NCBI GenBank assembly: GCA_949282435.1
Contig: CASDOM010000008.1
Span: 1-50,989 of the forward strand
DNA length: 50,989 bases
From: an uncultured Ureaplasma sp.
GTDB taxonomy: Bacteria; Bacillota_I; Bacilli_A; Mycoplasmatales; Mycoplasmoidaceae
Direction: 5' to 3'
Positions 47,430 through 50,989 of the stretch are shown piece by piece. Both the position numbers and the translations under genes were made by a program. The notes under the pieces were generated by a model. That model was not told where the DNA came from. It was given only the letters and a program-made list of their open reading frames with translations, and searched no databases. Each line of letters opens with the position of its first letter. The stretch's first letter is position 1.

Positions 47430-49181
47430 TTATATTACATTTAAATTGTATTTTGATATTAATTTTAATAATGAATTATAGTGGTTTTTGTCCTTTACAA
47501 AATCTTTGTTATATGTAATATAGTTAGGTGTAAACAAATTTAATAAATCAATATGTTCTATATCAAAATTATTAAATCAAATTTTGATGTTCTTCTCTTT
47601 TAACAATATTAAATTGTTAATATTATAATTCATTAGATTAAAATATTTTAAATCTAACACTAATATTATATTTTTAATATCAATATTTAAAATTAAAATT
47701 TTTTTTAAAAAAATATTTATATCAAATTCATTGCTCAGGATGTAATTAATAGGATAGTCAATGACAATACTATTATTTGAATTTAATTTATTGTATTTTT
47801 TTAAGGTTATCATTGCAATTCAACGTAAAGCAATATCATATATATTATTAGTTTGAATATAAAACTTAATATCATTCATATCAAACAATAAATGATTAAT
47901 ACAATTAATGTTTGGCAATATGACATTTTTATTATTGATACTAATTTTTTTGGTTAAATCAATATAAATATCATCATAATTAAAATATTTATATATATCT
48001 AATTTACTTGTATATTGATTATGATTAATATTGTTTATATTTGGGTTATAAATGTATAAAATGTTTCCATCATGGTTGATTTCACAATATTTTAATAATT
48101 GATTTAAATCATAATTATGAACTCCATATATTGACCCAGATGTTTTTAGGGTTAATTCCACAATATTATTATCATAAATAATTTTAGTAGGGATTTTTTT
48201 TAATGTTTTTTCATATTTTTTTAATGGATCATTTTGATTTCTTGTTTTTAATGTGTTTCCACTATAGATTTGTTTTAAGTCTAAATTAGTTTCATCATCT
48301 AAAGTTATAAAACAAGCATATTCATTTTTAGGAGTAATAAAAAAGATAGGATCAAATTTTTTAAGATTGTTTTTTATATTATTTAATATGTATTTATGAA
48401 AATTATTTGCAATATAATTACCCAATTTAATAGGTAAATTATATAAATTTGTAAAATAAAATATTATTAAAATCCCTTTGTGATTATAAGTTTTGTTTTT
48501 AATAATTTTTTTAGCAATTGGATAATTATAAAATTTGTTTTTAATGTAGATTTGATTTTCAGTTAATCATTGAATTTCTTTAATATTTTTGTTAATAATA
48601 ATGTTTGTTAAGTAAAAAATTATAAATAACAACAATATAAAACAATTTTCAATAACAATATATTCAGTTTTATTTTTAAATATTAAATAATATAAAACGA
48701 TAGACAAGCAACATAATAAAAATATAAAAATAAAATTAATGTAATGTTTGTTAATTTTAAAAACTTTTATAATAAATATAAACCCTAATGTAATTACAGA
48801 CAAAATTAATAAATATATAAAATTAACAAAATTAACATTGTTTACAATACAAAAAATACATGTAGAAAATAAAGTTATATTCAATATATAAATTAGTAAT
48901 GAACTTTTATAAAAAATCCCTATTACTAATAAAATTGATATATACATAAATATTAGATATTGTTGATTGCTTTGATAATAGCTGTATATTATTGAAAATG
49001 TGATTATTGATGAAATAATAATTCCAATAATTACATTTTTTGACTTATTAATATAATTTTTTTTAAATTTCTCTAAAAAATTAAAAATATACAAAATTAA
49101 TTGAAAAACAATATATGTTCCAATTAAAATTGCAAAATTTATTAATATTAAAATTGAAAATTTAGATAAACTAAACAACAT
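47430..49181 (-). CDS. 583-aa multi-TM protein with degenerate GGDEF-like and EAL-like domains
   Basis: About 6-7 TM, then GGDEF-like FFITPKNEYACFI and LTLKTSGSIYGVHNYDLNQLLKYCE, then EAL-like LKEKNIKIWFNNF...PNYITYNKDF. Confidence 0.6.
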
Positions 49182-49276
49182 TAATTCTTACTAAAATAAT
49201 AAATAGTTATATAATTATTATATATTTTGAAAATGATATTATAGATTATTTATCTTAAACAAAAAGGTATATTATT

Positions 49277-50674
49277 ATGGATGCAAATATTATTCAAAGT
49301 GCAGTTATAGGAACTAATCTTAATATTGGTGCAACAATTTTATTAGCATTATGTACTGCATTAGTTTTATTTATGGTGCCTGGATTAGCCATTTTTTATG
49401 GTGGATTAGTTCGTAAGAAAAATATTTCAACGATAATGGCACAGTCATTTATTTCATTATCTATTGTTACTTTAATATGAATTTTTGGTGGATTTTCATT
49501 AGCATTTGGAACATCTCAAGGTGGATTTATTGGTAATCCTGCAGATTATTTCCTATTTAGAAATGTTTTATTTACTGATGGGTGAAATAATTTAACAATT
49601 GCTGTTAATGCACAACTAGCAAATGGAGTACCATTTATTTTATTTTTCTTATTTCAATTAGCATTTGCTATCATTACTCCTGCATTAGTATCTGGTGCTT
49701 TTGCTGATAGATTAAGTTTTAGAGGATATATTATTTTTACTGTTTTATTTACATATTTAGTATATATCCCTGTTTGTCACTGAGTTTGAGGTGGTGGATT
49801 CTTAGCTTCAAATGGTGCAATTGATTGAGCAGGTGGAATTGTAATTCATGCTACATGTGGACTTGGCGCAATCGCTTCAGTAATTGCGTTGAAAAAAAGA
49901 AAAATATTTAGTAAAGAAGATTTAAGTCCTAATTCAATCCCATTAGTTGCTATTGGAGCTGGAATTTTATTTTTTGGTTGATTTGGTTTTAATGTAGGTG
50001 GAGCATGTTTTGTTCCAACTGCAAATATTAATAGTGCAATAACTGCAATTTCACCTGATGTTTGACATAGTGCATTATTGTCTGGTTTAAGTGCATTTGC
50101 AAATTCATTTATTGCAATGAATATGGCAATAATAGTATGAATTATATTTGATGTAATTATTAAAAAACATACTTCACTTGTAAGTATCTTAACTGCTGGT
50201 GTGGCTGGATTAGCAACAATTACTCCAACAGCTGGATTTATTCCAATTTGAGCTAGTGTTATTGTTGGATTTGTAGGTGGTTTAATTTGTTATTGAATGT
50301 GTAACTTCAATCATAAAATTCATTTTGATGACGCACTTGAAGTTTGACCAGTTCATGGTATTGGTGGTATAGTTGGTTCATTATTAGTGGCTTGTTTTGC
50401 AACAACAGATGTAAATTCAATTATATTAGGTTCAACTCAACACATTGGTAGTTCATTAGGTAGTGGTTATTTATTTGGAATGCAATTAGGTACAATTTTA
50501 TTAGTTTGTGTTTGAACATTTGTATTTAGTTTATTAACTTTCTATATTATTAAATTAGTTCATACAAATGCTGATGAAAAACAACAAGAAATTGGTCTTG
50601 ATAAAGTATATTTTGATGAACAAGCATATTGTGATGGAATTAAACACGACTCTGAAATTATTAAAATTAAATAA
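49277..50674 (+). CDS. amt: ammonium transporter (Amt family)
   Basis: MVPGLAIFYGGLVR, FQLAFA, HWVWGGG, DWAGGIVIH, GWFGFN, AGLATITP, DDALEVWPVHG. Confidence 0.95.
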
Positions 50675-50679
50675 AAATT

Positions 50680-50708
50680 AAAGGTTAATTTATAATTAAC
50701 CTTTTTTT
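50680..50708 (+). terminator. intrinsic terminator after amt
   Basis: AAAGGTTAATT-TAT-AATTAACCTTT perfect stem followed by T tract. Confidence 0.8.
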
Positions 50709-50779
50709 ATTCATACACCTTACATATGTATTAATAGTGTTTTTTAATATTATAATAAAATTGTAAGGAGGTATATTTT

Positions 50780-50989
50780 ATGCAAAATATCCTTAAAAAA
50801 AGTTTATATTTAGGTTTAGGATTAATTGGAGCTATAGGAGTAATTACTCCTATTATTACAAGTTGTTCTAAACACTCTTCTAATGATAGTGTTGTTATTG
50901 TTACTAATAAACAATATTTAGATAATGAACAACAATATTTAACTAATAATTATCAAATTCCTGTTTATACACAAACATCTAAAGTTAGT
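50780..50989 (+). CDS. lipoprotein, N-terminal part (runs off window)
   Basis: AAGGAGGT SD; MQNILKK + hydrophobic stretch + ITS-C lipobox. Confidence 0.8.
   Translation, partial: MQNILKKSLYLGLGLIGAIGVITPIITSCSKHSSNDSVVIVTNKQYLDNEQQYLTNNYQIPVYTQTSKVS

Noticed and set aside
4954-49480. Apparent mass pseudogenisation (pgk, metK, asnS, thrS, feoB and others split into pieces)
   Set aside because: The breaks I checked are TGA codons in a continuous frame, an artefact of table 11; yebC is the only exception found
1-50989. CRISPR array, tandem repeats, IS, prophage, tRNA or rRNA
   Set aside because: No regularly spaced repeats, transposase/integrase motifs or GC-rich RNA genes seen by eye in any spacer; a tool scan would be needed to exclude weak repeats

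Overview
This is an AT-rich, gene-dense core chromosomal segment of a mollicute that uses genetic code 4. Conserved Trp positions are TGA, so the supplied ORF track splits many genes; I re-joined them by reading TGA as Trp. S15, YebC and the lipoprotein signal resemble the pneumoniae group (Malacoplasma/Ureaplasma-like), judged from memory rather than a search. Gene order: rpiB end, rpsP-trmD-rplS-rbgA-ruvAB, tlyA, ttcA, pgk-deoD-metK, asnS-pgsA, gapN, secG-rnr, rplKA, tsaD, Abi_2/HEPN gene + 1350-aa SF1 helicase + thrS-cinA-recA, rnj2-ftsK-hit-potD-coaD, fakA-plsX-rnc, rpmB, rpsO-yebC, feoAB-pncB, ppa-lspA-rluD, mgtE, amt, and a lipoprotein start. I saw no rRNA, tRNA, CRISPR array, IS or integrase. 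Most notable: (1) an intact AbiF-like HEPN gene directly upstream of a DUF4011-type helicase with a Vsr-like tail, a candidate two-gene defence or RNA-surveillance module; (2) several intact but catalytically eroded pseudoenzymes (AsnA-like, membrane GGDEF-EAL-like, FtsK, DJ-1, RNase J2); (3) an in-frame TAA in yebC; (4) a 38-aa ORF and a candidate structured small RNA. All family assignments come from motif recognition by eye.
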